NCBI GenBank assembly: GCA_023953615.1
Contig: JAMLJH010000002.1
Location: 1,040,492 to 1,104,491, forward strand
Reading direction: 5' to 3'
DNA: 64,000 nt
DNA from: Verrucomicrobiia bacterium
GTDB lineage: Bacteria; Verrucomicrobiota; Verrucomicrobiia; Limisphaerales; JADLHS01
The notes below the pieces were generated by a model. The model ran no database searches, was not told where the DNA came from, and saw nothing but the letters and a program-made list of their open reading frames with translations. A program made the translations under genes and the position numbers. Positions 25,643 through 35,424 of the stretch are shown one piece after another (position 1 is the stretch's first letter; every line of letters starts with the position of its first letter).

Positions 25643-27160
25643 GTGAAGGAGTCTAGCAACGCATTTGGAGTGACGACCAGTTCAGTGGCGCGACTGGTGT
25701 TGCATTATGTCAACGCGTCCAGCGTCGCGCCAACGGCGCCGTACACGAACTGGAGTTCCGCGGCGAATACGATCCAAGCCGCGGTGGACGCGGCGCAGGC
25801 GGGAGCGGTGGTGCTGGTCACCAACGGACTTTATGCCACCGGCGAGCGCCAGGATGACAGCGGGTTGATGACCCGGGTCATTGTGGACAAACCGATCACA
25901 GTCCTGAGCGTCAATGGTTACAAGGTTACGACCATCGAAGGCCGTTGGGATACCGCCACGAATGGCCCCAACGCGATTCGGTGTGTGCGGCTGGAAAACG
26001 GTGCGGTATTGGCAGGATTCACCATTCAGAATGGTGCCACGCGGTCCACTGGTGGTTCGTCGTGGTCAACCGCAGGAGGCGGGGTCTTCACGTCCGTTTA
26101 TACGAACGCCACGGTGGCGAATTGTCTTCTGACGAATAACGCCGCCCGAAGCTATGGCGGTGGCGCTTATGGCGTCAGGCTGAAGAATTGTCTGATCCTT
26201 GGTAATTACGCCAACGATGGCGGCAGTGGCGTTGCTTGTGGCGAATTGGTGAATTGTACGGTGGCGTATAATTGGGTCAATTCATTCGTCCCCGGTGGCT
26301 TGATGAGAGGCGGCGGCGTGGCGGGCAATGTCGGTTATTTGGGGACAGCTCCATGCCGAATTCGGAACAGCATTGTATGGCAAAACTTCCGCGGCTATGG
26401 AGAGATGGACAACTACACCACCGGAACGGAGTTCGCTTTTTCCGCTTCGGTGGGTCCATCCGACGCCGCGCCACCCGGAATAGGCAACCAGTTGGCGGAA
26501 CGAACATTTTTGGATGCCGACTTTCATATTTCCAGCGCCTCAATCTATCACGCCGCCGGCAGTGCTTTGTATGCTTCGGGTGAAGACATGGATGGTGAGC
26601 CGTGGGCCAATCCGCCTTCCATGGGCGCGGATGAAGTCATTGAGGCAAATTTGACCGGGCCGCTTACGCTTACGATTGACGCCTGGCAAACCAATACCAT
26701 TGCCGAACCGATCCGGCATGAGTTGAGCTTTGGCGCGGTGGTCACCGGACGGGTTTCCCGGATTGATTGGAATTATGGCGACGGAGGCATTGATCCCAAT
26801 CGGGGTTACTGGGGCATTCATGGTTGGACCAATCCCGGCACCTATACCGTTACGGCCACGGCTTACAACCAAGACAATCCCGATGGCGTCGTGGCCAGCG
26901 TGATGGTTTTAGTGGAGCCAATCAATCCGCCTGTGCTCCAATCCAGCCTCCTGAATGCGAATGGCTATAACTTCAGTTTCATGGCCCAACCGGGTATGAA
27001 TTATTATGTGCAATACGCCACCAATCTGGCTGCGCCCATCAGTTGGCAACCGTTACAAACCATCTACTATCCTCCGTTTGGCCCGAGCGGGTTGGTTTCC
27101 ATCACTGACCCGGCGTGGACCAATAATACCGCGCGGTTTTATCGCGTGCTGGCGCAGTAG
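25643..27160 (+). CDS. Right-handed beta-helix + PKD-like + C-terminal FYRVL-module protein; no signal peptide (possibly 5'-truncated)
   Basis: ..YTNWSSAANTIQAAVDAAQAG..VLVTNGLYATG.. and repeated N-x-GGG turns. PKD-like ..DWNYGDGG...W..PGTYTVTATAYN. GTG start with no hydrophobic leader. Confidence 0.6.
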   Translation: MKESSNAFGVTTSSVARLVLHYVNASSVAPTAPYTNWSSAANTIQAAVDAAQAGAVVLVTNGLYATGERQDDSGLMTRVIVDKPITVLSVNGYKVTTIEGRWDTATNGPNAIRCVRLENGAVLAGFTIQNGATRSTGGSSWSTAGGGVFTSVYTNATVANCLLTNNAARSYGGGAYGVRLKNCLILGNYANDGGSGVACGELVNCTVAYNWVNSFVPGGLMRGGGVAGNVGYLGTAPCRIRNSIVWQNFRGYGEMDNYTTGTEFAFSASVGPSDAAPPGIGNQLAERTFLDADFHISSASIYHAAGSALYASGEDMDGEPWANPPSMGADEVIEANLTGPLTLTIDAWQTNTIAEPIRHELSFGAVVTGRVSRIDWNYGDGGIDPNRGYWGIHGWTNPGTYTVTATAYNQDNPDGVVASVMVLVEPINPPVLQSSLLNANGYNFSFMAQPGMNYYVQYATNLAAPISWQPLQTIYYPPFGPSGLVSITDPAWTNNTARFYRVLAQ

Positions 27161-27190
27161 GCGATCACGGGTTTTTATCTGCGACCAAAT

Positions 27191-28186
27191 TCAGGCGTAG
27201 CTTGGTGTGCCGAGGTCGGTCATCAATACCAATCCGGAGGGGGCTTTCAGCAGACGCGGTGCGGCGTTGACCAACGAAGCCACGGTGGCGCCATCGCCGG
27301 CCACGCCGGTGGTAACGATGTTCTTGATGGTGGGTTCGCCAATAATCTCCACGGCATCCTGTGGATTGGGGGCGTCCAGATACATTTTGATATCGAGCGT
27401 GATTTTGACCGCGCCTTTAATGCGGCCGACGGCGAGTTGATGAATGCCGCAGCATTGACCGCGTTTTACGTTGACGTGCGGGGTTTCGATGTCGGCCAGG
27501 GCCACCATGGCTTTTCCCGTTTCCACCAATTCATCCAACTTCCAGCCCAGCGCGTGAGCGATAAGCGCGGCGGATTCTTTCAGCCCCGCGTGGCCCGCGC
27601 GCCCTTGAGTGAAGCGCCGTTCAAATTCAGTGGGAGTCCAGCCGCTGCCGATTTTGCGTTGCAACGGTCCGCGTCGCGTGGACGCATTGACGACGCGCTG
27701 CACGTGAACGGCGGACACTTGACGACAAACGCCGGTGAGACAAACGGGCAGCACATCCATGACAAATCCGGGATTGACGCCCGTGCCCAGCACCCGGGCG
27801 CCGGAGGCTTTGGCCACCGCGTCGAGTTGCGCGGCCAGTTTGGGTTCGCGCAGGGCGGGGTAGAGCAATTCTTCGCATGAGGACACCACGCTGATGCCCT
27901 GGCGCAGCATCGGTTCAATCTGGGGATAAGCCAGCTTCACCTTGGAAACCGCGGTATGAAAAATCAGGTCGGGCTTGGCTTCGGCCAGCAATTCATCGAG
28001 CGAGCGATGCACCCGGGCCTGACCCGCGCGCCGATCATTCGTGAGTTTGCTCAAAGGCTTGCCAATCTTCGCCGGGTCAATGTCAATGCCGCCGACGATT
28101 TGCAGCCAGGGTTTGGTGGCCGCGAGTTTCAGGGTTTCAATACCGATGGGTCCCAAACCAAATTGGGCGATTTTGATTTTTTTCAT
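27191..28186 (-). CDS. DapB-like NAD(P)-binding oxidoreductase (amine dehydrogenase / dihydrodipicolinate reductase-like family)
   Basis: N-terminal Rossmann motif KIAQFGLGPIG; ..GVNPGFVMD.. is typical of DapB-like folds. Confidence 0.55.
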   Translation of the reverse strand: MKKIKIAQFGLGPIGIETLKLAATKPWLQIVGGIDIDPAKIGKPLSKLTNDRRAGQARVHRSLDELLAEAKPDLIFHTAVSKVKLAYPQIEPMLRQGISVVSSCEELLYPALREPKLAAQLDAVAKASGARVLGTGVNPGFVMDVLPVCLTGVCRQVSAVHVQRVVNASTRRGPLQRKIGSGWTPTEFERRFTQGRAGHAGLKESAALIAHALGWKLDELVETGKAMVALADIETPHVNVKRGQCCGIHQLAVGRIKGAVKITLDIKMYLDAPNPQDAVEIIGEPTIKNIVTTGVAGDGATVASLVNAAPRLLKAPSGLVLMTDLGTPSYA

Positions 28187-28271
28187 TTTGTAGAAGGCTA
28201 AAAATTGATCGCGCCACGATCAGGGCTGCCTGCCCCGAAGGTGGCGCGACGTGGTGATTATGGTAGCCGGC

Positions 28272-30104
28272 TCACAGGCGCGAGACCAGCAATTCCCGCT
28301 GAAACACCAGTTCTTTGGGCAATTGCGAATAGAGCTTGAAGAACAACTCGTCCTGCATCACCAACTCACGATGCCACTCGGTGCGGTCAATCTTTTGAAT
28401 CTCGACGAATTTTTCAGCCGTGATTTGTTGCTCCAAGCCGCGCATATCGAGGTCTTGATACTCGGGTACCCAGCCCACGGAAGTTTCGATGGCGCGCGCG
28501 CCCAACTGGCAGCGTTGCACGATCCATTTCAGCACGCGCATGTTTTCGCCGTAACCGGGCCAGAGGAATTTTCCCGCTTCATTTTTGCGGAACCAATTGA
28601 CGTGGAACATGCGCGGCAGGTGTTTCACCCGACGACGCATCTCCAGCCAGTGCGAGAAGTAATCGCCCATGTTATATCCGCAGAACGGCAGCATGGCCAT
28701 CGGGTCGCGGCGCACCTGACCGATCGTGCCCGCGGCTGCCGCTGTCATTTCCGATCCGACGGTCGCCCCCAGGTACACGCCATGCACCCAGTTGAACGCC
28801 TGGAAGATCAACGGCATGGTGGTGGCGCGACGCCCGCCAAAAATAATGGCGCTGACCTTTACTCCGGCGGGATTTTCCCAATCCGGATCAATAATTGGAC
28901 AGTTGCCTGCGGGGGCAGTGAAGCGACTGTTTGGATGACTTGACAACACGGGCTTGCCGTCGGCGTCCTTCGTGTTCGGAGTCCAATCGCGTCCCTTCCA
29001 GTCAATCAAGTGCGCGGGTGGCGTCGGGGTCATGCCTTCCCACCACACGTCGCCTTCATCCGTGAGCGCCACGTTGGTGAAAATCGTGTCGCGCTTGATG
29101 GAATCCATCGCCATGGGGTTGCTGGTGTAGGAAGTGCCTGGAGCGACGCCAAAAAATCCGGCTTCCGGATTGATGGCGCGGAAGTGGCCGTCCGGTCCTG
29201 GTTTGATCCAGGCGATGTCATCGCCGACGCACGTCACTTCCCAACCCTCGGTCTTGAGGTGTTTCGGCGGCACGAGCATGGCAAAATTGGTTTTGCCGCA
29301 CGCACTGGGAAACGCCGCCGTGACGTAGGTTTTATTGCCGGACGGATCTTTGACGCCGAGGATCAACATGTGTTCCGCCATCCAACCTTCGTCGCGCGCC
29401 ATGGCCGAGGCGATGCGGAGCGCAAAACATTTTTTGCCCAACAAGGCATTGCCGCCGTAGCCGGAACCAAAACTCATGATGAGCCGTTCCTCGGGGAAAT
29501 GCGTGATGTAAGTGTTTTCCGGATTGCACGGCCACGGAACGTCTTGAGCGCCGGCAGCCAGCGGAACTCCGACCGAGTGCAGACACTTTACAAATTGTCC
29601 GGTGCGGTCAATCTCGGGATAAACCGCCAGTCCCATCCGCGTCATGATCCGCATGTTGGCGGCCACGTACGGGCTGTCGGTGATTTCAATGCCGTATTGG
29701 GCGATGGGCGAACCGATCGGCCCCATGCTGAATGGAATGACGTACAGCGTCCGACCCTTCATGCAGCCGTTGAACAAGCCCTTCAATCTGGCCTTCATGG
29801 TGGCGGGGCTTTCCCAATTGTTGGTCGGCCCGGCATCCTTCGGCGATTGCGAGCAAATGAAGGTGCGTTGCTCGACGCGGGCGACGTCGCGCGGGTCGCT
29901 GCGCACCAAAATCGAATTGGGGCGCAATTGGTCGTTCAGTTGCACCCCGGCGCCGGAAGCGATGATCAATTGCCGCATCTGCTGATCTTCGCTGGCGGAA
30001 CCGTCGCACCAGTGGATGTGATCCGGCTGGCAGAGCGCCGCTATGTCGCGCACCCAGTTGCGGATGGTGAGATTTTGCGGGAGTTTTTGGTCTTCAGTTT
30101 TCAT
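28272..30104 (-). CDS. pckG: Phosphoenolpyruvate carboxykinase (GTP)
   Basis: 610 aa with FPSACGKTN (kinase-1a P-loop), [10 protein letters not shown] and [10 protein letters not shown], typical of GTP-PEPCK. Confidence 0.9.
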   Translation of the reverse strand: MKTEDQKLPQNLTIRNWVRDIAALCQPDHIHWCDGSASEDQQMRQLIIASGAGVQLNDQLRPNSILVRSDPRDVARVEQRTFICSQSPKDAGPTNNWESPATMKARLKGLFNGCMKGRTLYVIPFSMGPIGSPIAQYGIEITDSPYVAANMRIMTRMGLAVYPEIDRTGQFVKCLHSVGVPLAAGAQDVPWPCNPENTYITHFPEERLIMSFGSGYGGNALLGKKCFALRIASAMARDEGWMAEHMLILGVKDPSGNKTYVTAAFPSACGKTNFAMLVPPKHLKTEGWEVTCVGDDIAWIKPGPDGHFRAINPEAGFFGVAPGTSYTSNPMAMDSIKRDTIFTNVALTDEGDVWWEGMTPTPPAHLIDWKGRDWTPNTKDADGKPVLSSHPNSRFTAPAGNCPIIDPDWENPAGVKVSAIIFGGRRATTMPLIFQAFNWVHGVYLGATVGSEMTAAAAGTIGQVRRDPMAMLPFCGYNMGDYFSHWLEMRRRVKHLPRMFHVNWFRKNEAGKFLWPGYGENMRVLKWIVQRCQLGARAIETSVGWVPEYQDLDMRGLEQQITAEKFVEIQKIDRTEWHRELVMQDELFFKLYSQLPKELVFQRELLVSRL

Positions 30105-30315
30105 CAGTTTTTAACGGGGTTGATTCGTTCCTTTGTCGAGAGGAATTGTCACTGCTCGGGTGACAACACCATGCTCTGAAGTGTGCGAAGGGTGACGGGG
30201 TTGAAACAAGGAAAAAGCGTGAGTCCGGTTTCTAAAAATGACGTTGCGAACAAGCAAACATTGAATCCGTGGCGCTGAATGGTTACGGTCGCCATGGAAG
30301 CAGTTGGATGAGCAC

Positions 30316-31596
30316 ATGATTCTTTCCGCGTGGTGGACGATTATTCTGGCGTTGCCGGTCTTGTGGCTCGGCGAATTTCTCGTGCGCCGTGTGCGTCTTT
30401 TCTCGCGTTTTCAAATCCCCGCGCCGGTCGTTGGCGGCTTGATCGTCTCGCTGGTGATTTGGGGGAGCAACGTCACGCAGTTTTGGACCGGACGCTTTGA
30501 TACCAAAATTGCCGCGCCTTGGTGGACCTGGCTGGTGACGATTGAGCCGGACTGGTTACGGGCGCCCGCGCAAACCGCCAACCTGCCGTTTCTGGTCATG
30601 TTTTTCACCTGCATCGGCTTGAACGCCAGTTGGTCGCTGGTGAAGCGCGGCAGCTTGCAGGTACTCCTGTTTCTCGCGATCGCGGGATTGCTGGCGATCA
30701 TTCAGAACGGTTTTGGCGTGGTGTTGGCCCAGGCGCTGGGACAATCGCCGTTGCTGGGACTGGTCTGTGGCAGTGTGAGCATGACCGGCGGCCACGGCAC
30801 GGCGCTGGGATTCGCCGCGGACTTGGAACGCGCCGGACTGCCCGCAGCGGATGTGTTGGGCATGGCCGCCGCCACTTTTGGTCTGGTGGCGGGCGGATTG
30901 ATTGGCGGGCCTATCGGCGGCGGATTGATCCGACGGTTCAATCTGAAATCCACCGCTTCCACCCGCACGCACCTGGAGGCGGGGGAAAGCGGCACGGCGG
31001 GCATTCTCTCGGATTTTCGCGCTTTATTTCAGGCCGGAAGAACGACGCTGCCCAACCTCGCGCTTTTGCTGGTCTGCGTGAAACTCGGCGCGTGGGTAAG
31101 CTGGCTGATTCAAATGACGGGCCTCACGTTTCCGATTTACATGGGCGCGATGTTGCTGGGCGTGACCGTCCGCAATGGGTTGGACTTTGCGGGAGTCACC
31201 TGGGTGAAAACGGAAATTATAGATACGCTGGCGGCGATCTCGCTCGGTCTGTTTCTTTCCGTGGCGTTGATGAGCCTGAACCTCATTGAGCTGGCCCGCG
31301 CCGCCGGGCCAATGCTGGTGATCCTCAGCGCGCAAGTGTTCCTGATGGCATTGTTTGCGTGGTGGGTCACCTACCGGTTGATGGGACGCGATTTCGAAGC
31401 GGCGGTCATGGCGGGTGGCCACTGTGGTTTTGGGCTGGGCGCCACGCCCAACGCCGTGGCCAACATGAAAGCCTTGGTGGAAAAATTCGGCCCCGCACCG
31501 CGCGCTTTTCTGGTCCTGCCCATCGTTGGCGCGTTCTTGATTGATTTCATCAACGCGCTGAACATCACGGTATTTCTCAACCTGTTTAAGCAATGA
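30316..31596 (+). CDS. gltS: Sodium/glutamate symporter
   Basis: About 12 TM segments. N-terminus ..LGEFLVRRVRLFSRFQIPAPVVGGLI.. and ..SMTGGHGTA.. are GltS-like. The track start at 30304 is TTG; the ATG at 30316 is preferred. Confidence 0.75.
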   Translation: MILSAWWTIILALPVLWLGEFLVRRVRLFSRFQIPAPVVGGLIVSLVIWGSNVTQFWTGRFDTKIAAPWWTWLVTIEPDWLRAPAQTANLPFLVMFFTCIGLNASWSLVKRGSLQVLLFLAIAGLLAIIQNGFGVVLAQALGQSPLLGLVCGSVSMTGGHGTALGFAADLERAGLPAADVLGMAAATFGLVAGGLIGGPIGGGLIRRFNLKSTASTRTHLEAGESGTAGILSDFRALFQAGRTTLPNLALLLVCVKLGAWVSWLIQMTGLTFPIYMGAMLLGVTVRNGLDFAGVTWVKTEIIDTLAAISLGLFLSVALMSLNLIELARAAGPMLVILSAQVFLMALFAWWVTYRLMGRDFEAAVMAGGHCGFGLGATPNAVANMKALVEKFGPAPRAFLVLPIVGAFLIDFINALNITVFLNLFKQ

Positions 31597-33332
31597 ACTT
31601 CTGCTCTTCAGTTAAATTGGCGCACTCGGTGACGAAACCCACCAGCGGATTACGCCTCCCACCACTCTGCCGACACCGCTGGTTGCTGATCGGAATTTGC
31701 GCGGTGGCAATCACGGTCCACAGCGAGAACGCACCGACGCACGGGATGGTTGCTTCAGTGCATCCACTGGCGACCGAAGCCGGAGTGCGAACGCTGAAAT
31801 CCGGCGGCAACGCCATTGACGCCGCGGTGGCGGTGGGCCTGACGTTGGGCGTGGTGGACGCGCACAATTCCGGAATCGGCGGTGGTTGCTTCATGCTGAT
31901 CCGTTTGGCAAATGGAGAGTTCGTGGCGCTCGACGGACGCGAAATGGCCCCCGCCGCGGCCACGCGCGACCTGTTCATCCGCAATGGCAAAGGCGATACC
32001 GAGTTGAGTCAAACGGGGCCGCTGGCCAGCGGCGTGCCGGGCGAGGTCGCGGTTTTCGATTACGCCGTGCGGCATCATGGAAAAAAATCGTTTCGCGAAC
32101 TGGTGTTGCCGGCGGCGGAAATTGCCGCGACCGGTTTTCCGATCACCCAAGCCTTTGTGAGCCGCTTGCGATCCGTGACGAACGAACTCGCGCGGTTTGA
32201 AGGTTCGCGGGCGTTGTTTTTGCCGGATGGCCAATTGCCGCGCGTGGGCGCAATTTTTAAGCAGCCCGATCTGGCCCGGACGTATCGTCAACTGGCCGGG
32301 CAGGGGAGTGATTGGTTTTACCGTGGCGGGTTTGCCGAAGCGGTGGCGGCCTGGATGAAAGCCAATGGTGGAATTTTGACCGCAGACGACTTTGCGAATT
32401 ATCAAATGGTGCTGCGCGAACCGGTGCGCACCACGTATCGCGGTTACTCCGTCGTGTCATTTCCCCCACCCAGTTCGGGCGGCGTGCATGTGGTGCAGAT
32501 GCTCAACATCCTGGAACATTTCGATCTCAAACACCTTGACCCAGTGACGCGCTGGCACGTTTTGGCCGAAACGATGAAACTCGCGTTTGCGGATCGGGCG
32601 TATTGGTTGGGCGATCCCGATTACGCGAAGGTACCACGCGGGTTGATCGCGAAAGATTACGCGGCGACCTTGGCGCGCCAAATCAATTTGGAACACACCA
32701 CGTCGGTGACCAATCACGGCTGGCCGCCGCGTTGGTCGGAGGATTTATTTGAACGGCACACCACGCATTGGTCGGTGGCGGATGCCGAAGGCAACTGGGT
32801 GGCTTGCACAGCCACCATCAACACGACTTACGGATCGAAAGTGGTTATTCCGGGCACGGGCGTGGTGCTGAACAATCAGATGGACGATTTCTCCGTGCAA
32901 CCCGGCGTGCCGAACGCCTTCGGTTTGATCGGCGCGGAAGCCAATGCCGTCGCGCCCGGCAAACGTCCGCTCTCCAGCATGAGTCCGACGATTGTGTTAC
33001 AGGACGGGCAACCCATTATCGCGTTGGGCGCGGCCGGCGGACCGAAGATCATCACGGCGGTATTGTTGGAACTGGTCGAGATGCTTGATCTGGGACTGAC
33101 GCCGGAGCAAGCGCTGGCGCAACCGCGGATCCATCAGCAATGGTCGCCGGACGAACTGCTGGTGGAAGCGGCGTTGCCAACGGCAATCAAAACCGCGCTG
33201 GAACAACGCGGTCATGTGGTGAGGGAACTCCGGGCATTGGCGATCTCGCAGATTGTCGCGCGTAGCGCAGATGGGAAATCCTTTGTCGGCGCCGCCGACC
33301 CGCGCACCGGCGGGAAGGCAGAGGGGTGGTAA
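31593..33332 (+). CDS. ggt: Gamma-glutamyltransferase
   Basis: GGNAIDAAVA, the TTHWSVAD autoprocessing Thr, GFLLNNQMDDFS-like VLNNQMDDFS, and SSMSPTIV. Confidence 0.9.
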   Translation: MNFCSSVKLAHSVTKPTSGLRLPPLCRHRWLLIGICAVAITVHSENAPTHGMVASVHPLATEAGVRTLKSGGNAIDAAVAVGLTLGVVDAHNSGIGGGCFMLIRLANGEFVALDGREMAPAAATRDLFIRNGKGDTELSQTGPLASGVPGEVAVFDYAVRHHGKKSFRELVLPAAEIAATGFPITQAFVSRLRSVTNELARFEGSRALFLPDGQLPRVGAIFKQPDLARTYRQLAGQGSDWFYRGGFAEAVAAWMKANGGILTADDFANYQMVLREPVRTTYRGYSVVSFPPPSSGGVHVVQMLNILEHFDLKHLDPVTRWHVLAETMKLAFADRAYWLGDPDYAKVPRGLIAKDYAATLARQINLEHTTSVTNHGWPPRWSEDLFERHTTHWSVADAEGNWVACTATINTTYGSKVVIPGTGVVLNNQMDDFSVQPGVPNAFGLIGAEANAVAPGKRPLSSMSPTIVLQDGQPIIALGAAGGPKIITAVLLELVEMLDLGLTPEQALAQPRIHQQWSPDELLVEAALPTAIKTALEQRGHVVRELRALAISQIVARSADGKSFVGAADPRTGGKAEGW

Positions 33333-33576
33333 ACGGCAGTTATTTTTCGCACCTGATTTCGACCCTTACCTTCGGGCCGGGCCGGGCGCGGGGCACAGCT
33401 TGATATTATCCCGGAGCGCGACCGGTCCCCGGTCGCAGCGCGTGGCCAACCCCAAAAGCACTGGAACTTCCAGAGTCTTCCGACAAGGCAGAACGCTGCG
33501 GGCGGAGGACTGCCCGCGCTCCTTAAGGACGGGCGGATGCTTGCGGTGGCTTTCCGGTTTGCCGTATCGTGTCGGG

Positions 33577-34473
33577 ATGCAGGATGCACCGCAATTGTCG
33601 GAGTTGAAGGTTCCCAAGTGGCCGTTTTTCCTCGCTGACGCCTTCATGCTGGGGCTGGCGTGGTTTTTGTTTTATTGGCAAGCCAAATTTCCATTAAGTC
33701 AATGGGAGGTTCTAACCTGCTGCCTGTGCGTGTTTCTCGGCGCGGGGCTGGGCGTGCTGCCGTATTTGCTCGAGTACCGCGCGTTGCTGAAATATGGCGC
33801 GCTGGTGAAATTGATTGAAAGCAGTTCGCTGATGGCCGCCACCGAGAAGATTCAAAACCTGGAGAATTGCGTGTTGCAGATCAGCAGCGCCACGACGCAG
33901 TTGGAATCGGCCCAGACCCAGGCCGACGCCACGGCCAAGCTCGCGGGCCAAATCACTGAACGCATGACCGCCGAAGTGCGCGGCTTCAAGGAGTTCATGC
34001 AAAACGCCAATGACAGCGAGCGGGCGACGTTGCGGTTGGAGGCCGAAAAGTTGCATCGCGCTGAACGCGAATGGCTGAACGTGCTGGTGTTCATTTTGGA
34101 TCATACGTTTGCGTTGTATCGCGCGGCGGAGCGTTCGGGACAGGAAAACGTCGTCCGGCAACTGGCGCAATTTCAACATACGTGTCGTGATGCCGCCCGC
34201 CGCCTCGGCTTGCAAGTGGTGGGGGCAAATTCGGGCGAGGCTTTTGACCCGCAACGGCACACGCTCGGACCGGAGCAGGAAGCGCCGGCGCATGGCATTA
34301 TCGAGGAGACGCTGGCGTGCGGGTATTCGTATCAAAGCACGTTGATTCGTCCGGCTTTGGTAAAACTACGCACGGCAGGTGCCGTTGGCGCGGAGTCGGC
34401 GATGGAAGCTCAGGACGCCGAACCGCAGTTGCCGCTGGAGACGGGCGAGCCGAGCGAGTCGGGCGCGGCTTGA
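33577..34473 (+). CDS. Membrane-anchored coiled-coil protein with a GrpE-like C-terminal domain
   Basis: Two N-terminal TM segments. The C-terminus ..GEAFDPQRHTLG....GIIEETLACGYSYQSTLIRPALVKL parallels the GrpE motif FDP..H....GY....RPA.V. Confidence 0.55.
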   Translation: MQDAPQLSELKVPKWPFFLADAFMLGLAWFLFYWQAKFPLSQWEVLTCCLCVFLGAGLGVLPYLLEYRALLKYGALVKLIESSSLMAATEKIQNLENCVLQISSATTQLESAQTQADATAKLAGQITERMTAEVRGFKEFMQNANDSERATLRLEAEKLHRAEREWLNVLVFILDHTFALYRAAERSGQENVVRQLAQFQHTCRDAARRLGLQVVGANSGEAFDPQRHTLGPEQEAPAHGIIEETLACGYSYQSTLIRPALVKLRTAGAVGAESAMEAQDAEPQLPLETGEPSESGAA

Positions 34474-34477
34474 GCAG

Positions 34478-35347
34478 TCACGGAGTGCGCGGCCGGGTGG
34501 AACGGAATTGCAACCAGGCGACATCCTGATTGTTGGGCGAGGAAAATATGTCGGGAACGAAGCCTCCGGTGGTGATGGGCGGCATGGTGCGCGAATCTTT
34601 CCAGGGGTGAATTTCCGAGTGGCCGTCGGCGAATGAGAAGCCCGCCGCGCGGTGGTGATAAAAGGCGGGCAGATCATAAAAGCCGTATTGGTCCGGGGCA
34701 TTGGGCCAACCCGCCATCTTCGTGGCGAAATTACCCATATCAATACTGTCCTCGCGCACGTCCAGAAATACAAAGGTGTTGACCGGGCCGGGATCCACCA
34801 GCTCGGACATTTTAAGATAAATTTTGTAGGCGCTGAAGGGCGCGCCCCAATTGCCGTCGGTACCGCCCCAGCCGCCGAGGAAGATGTTCATGGACATGCT
34901 GCGCGGGCGCGGTTTGAACTGGCCATTCACCGTTACGCCGGAGCGGTCCGCGGGGCATTTCCAAATGGCCAGATTTTTTCCCGTGTACGGCCACAGCGGA
35001 CTTTTTTCGATGGTGAGCGAGGGGTCCCAATTTCGCGGATCACTGGAACTGTAGTTGAGCGTGCCGGTGACCCAGGCGTAATCCGCCGTCCACAGCTTGT
35101 CCGGGTCCAGCGATTCACTGGCAAAGAGCAGCGCGTCATTATTGTCAGTGGCGTACATCTGCCAGGCGAGGGTCAGTTGCCGGTGACTGTTCATGCACGA
35201 AAGTCCCGCCGCTTTGCGTTTCCCAATGTCCAGCGCGGGAAGCAACAAGGCCGCCAGGATCGCGATGATCGCAATGACGACCAGCAACTCGATCAACGTG
35301 AAGCCGCGGCGCGGCCTGGTTGGCGACCATTTCATGACCAGAGTCAC
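34478..35347 (-). CDS. DUF1559 / prepilin-type N-terminal cleavage-methylation domain protein (H-X9-DG family)
   Basis: [25 protein letters not shown], and [12 protein letters not shown] (H-X9-DG). An alternative start lies at 35335. Confidence 0.85.
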   Translation of the reverse strand: MTLVMKWSPTRPRRGFTLIELLVVIAIIAILAALLLPALDIGKRKAAGLSCMNSHRQLTLAWQMYATDNNDALLFASESLDPDKLWTADYAWVTGTLNYSSSDPRNWDPSLTIEKSPLWPYTGKNLAIWKCPADRSGVTVNGQFKPRPRSMSMNIFLGGWGGTDGNWGAPFSAYKIYLKMSELVDPGPVNTFVFLDVREDSIDMGNFATKMAGWPNAPDQYGFYDLPAFYHHRAAGFSFADGHSEIHPWKDSRTMPPITTGGFVPDIFSSPNNQDVAWLQFRSTRPRTP

Positions 35348-35424
35348 TTTAGAAGGGCCGCAATAATATGCAAGCGCCCCGGAATGTGTTTTGTTTTACG
35401 ACCGGCAACGCTAGAATCCGCCGA

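Noticed and set aside
33253-33576. 5' extension of the GrpE-like ORF, and the similar upstream extension at 8102-8290.
   Set aside because: The extensions overlap the 3' end of ggt or the opposite-strand helicase and have biased composition. Internal ATGs (33577 and 8291) precede the recognisable domains.
33333-33576. Hairpin gcgaccgg-tcc-ccggtcgc (about 33416-33437) as the ggt terminator.
   Set aside because: No U-tract follows it, and it lies about 85 bp after the stop codon. This is not enough to call a terminator.
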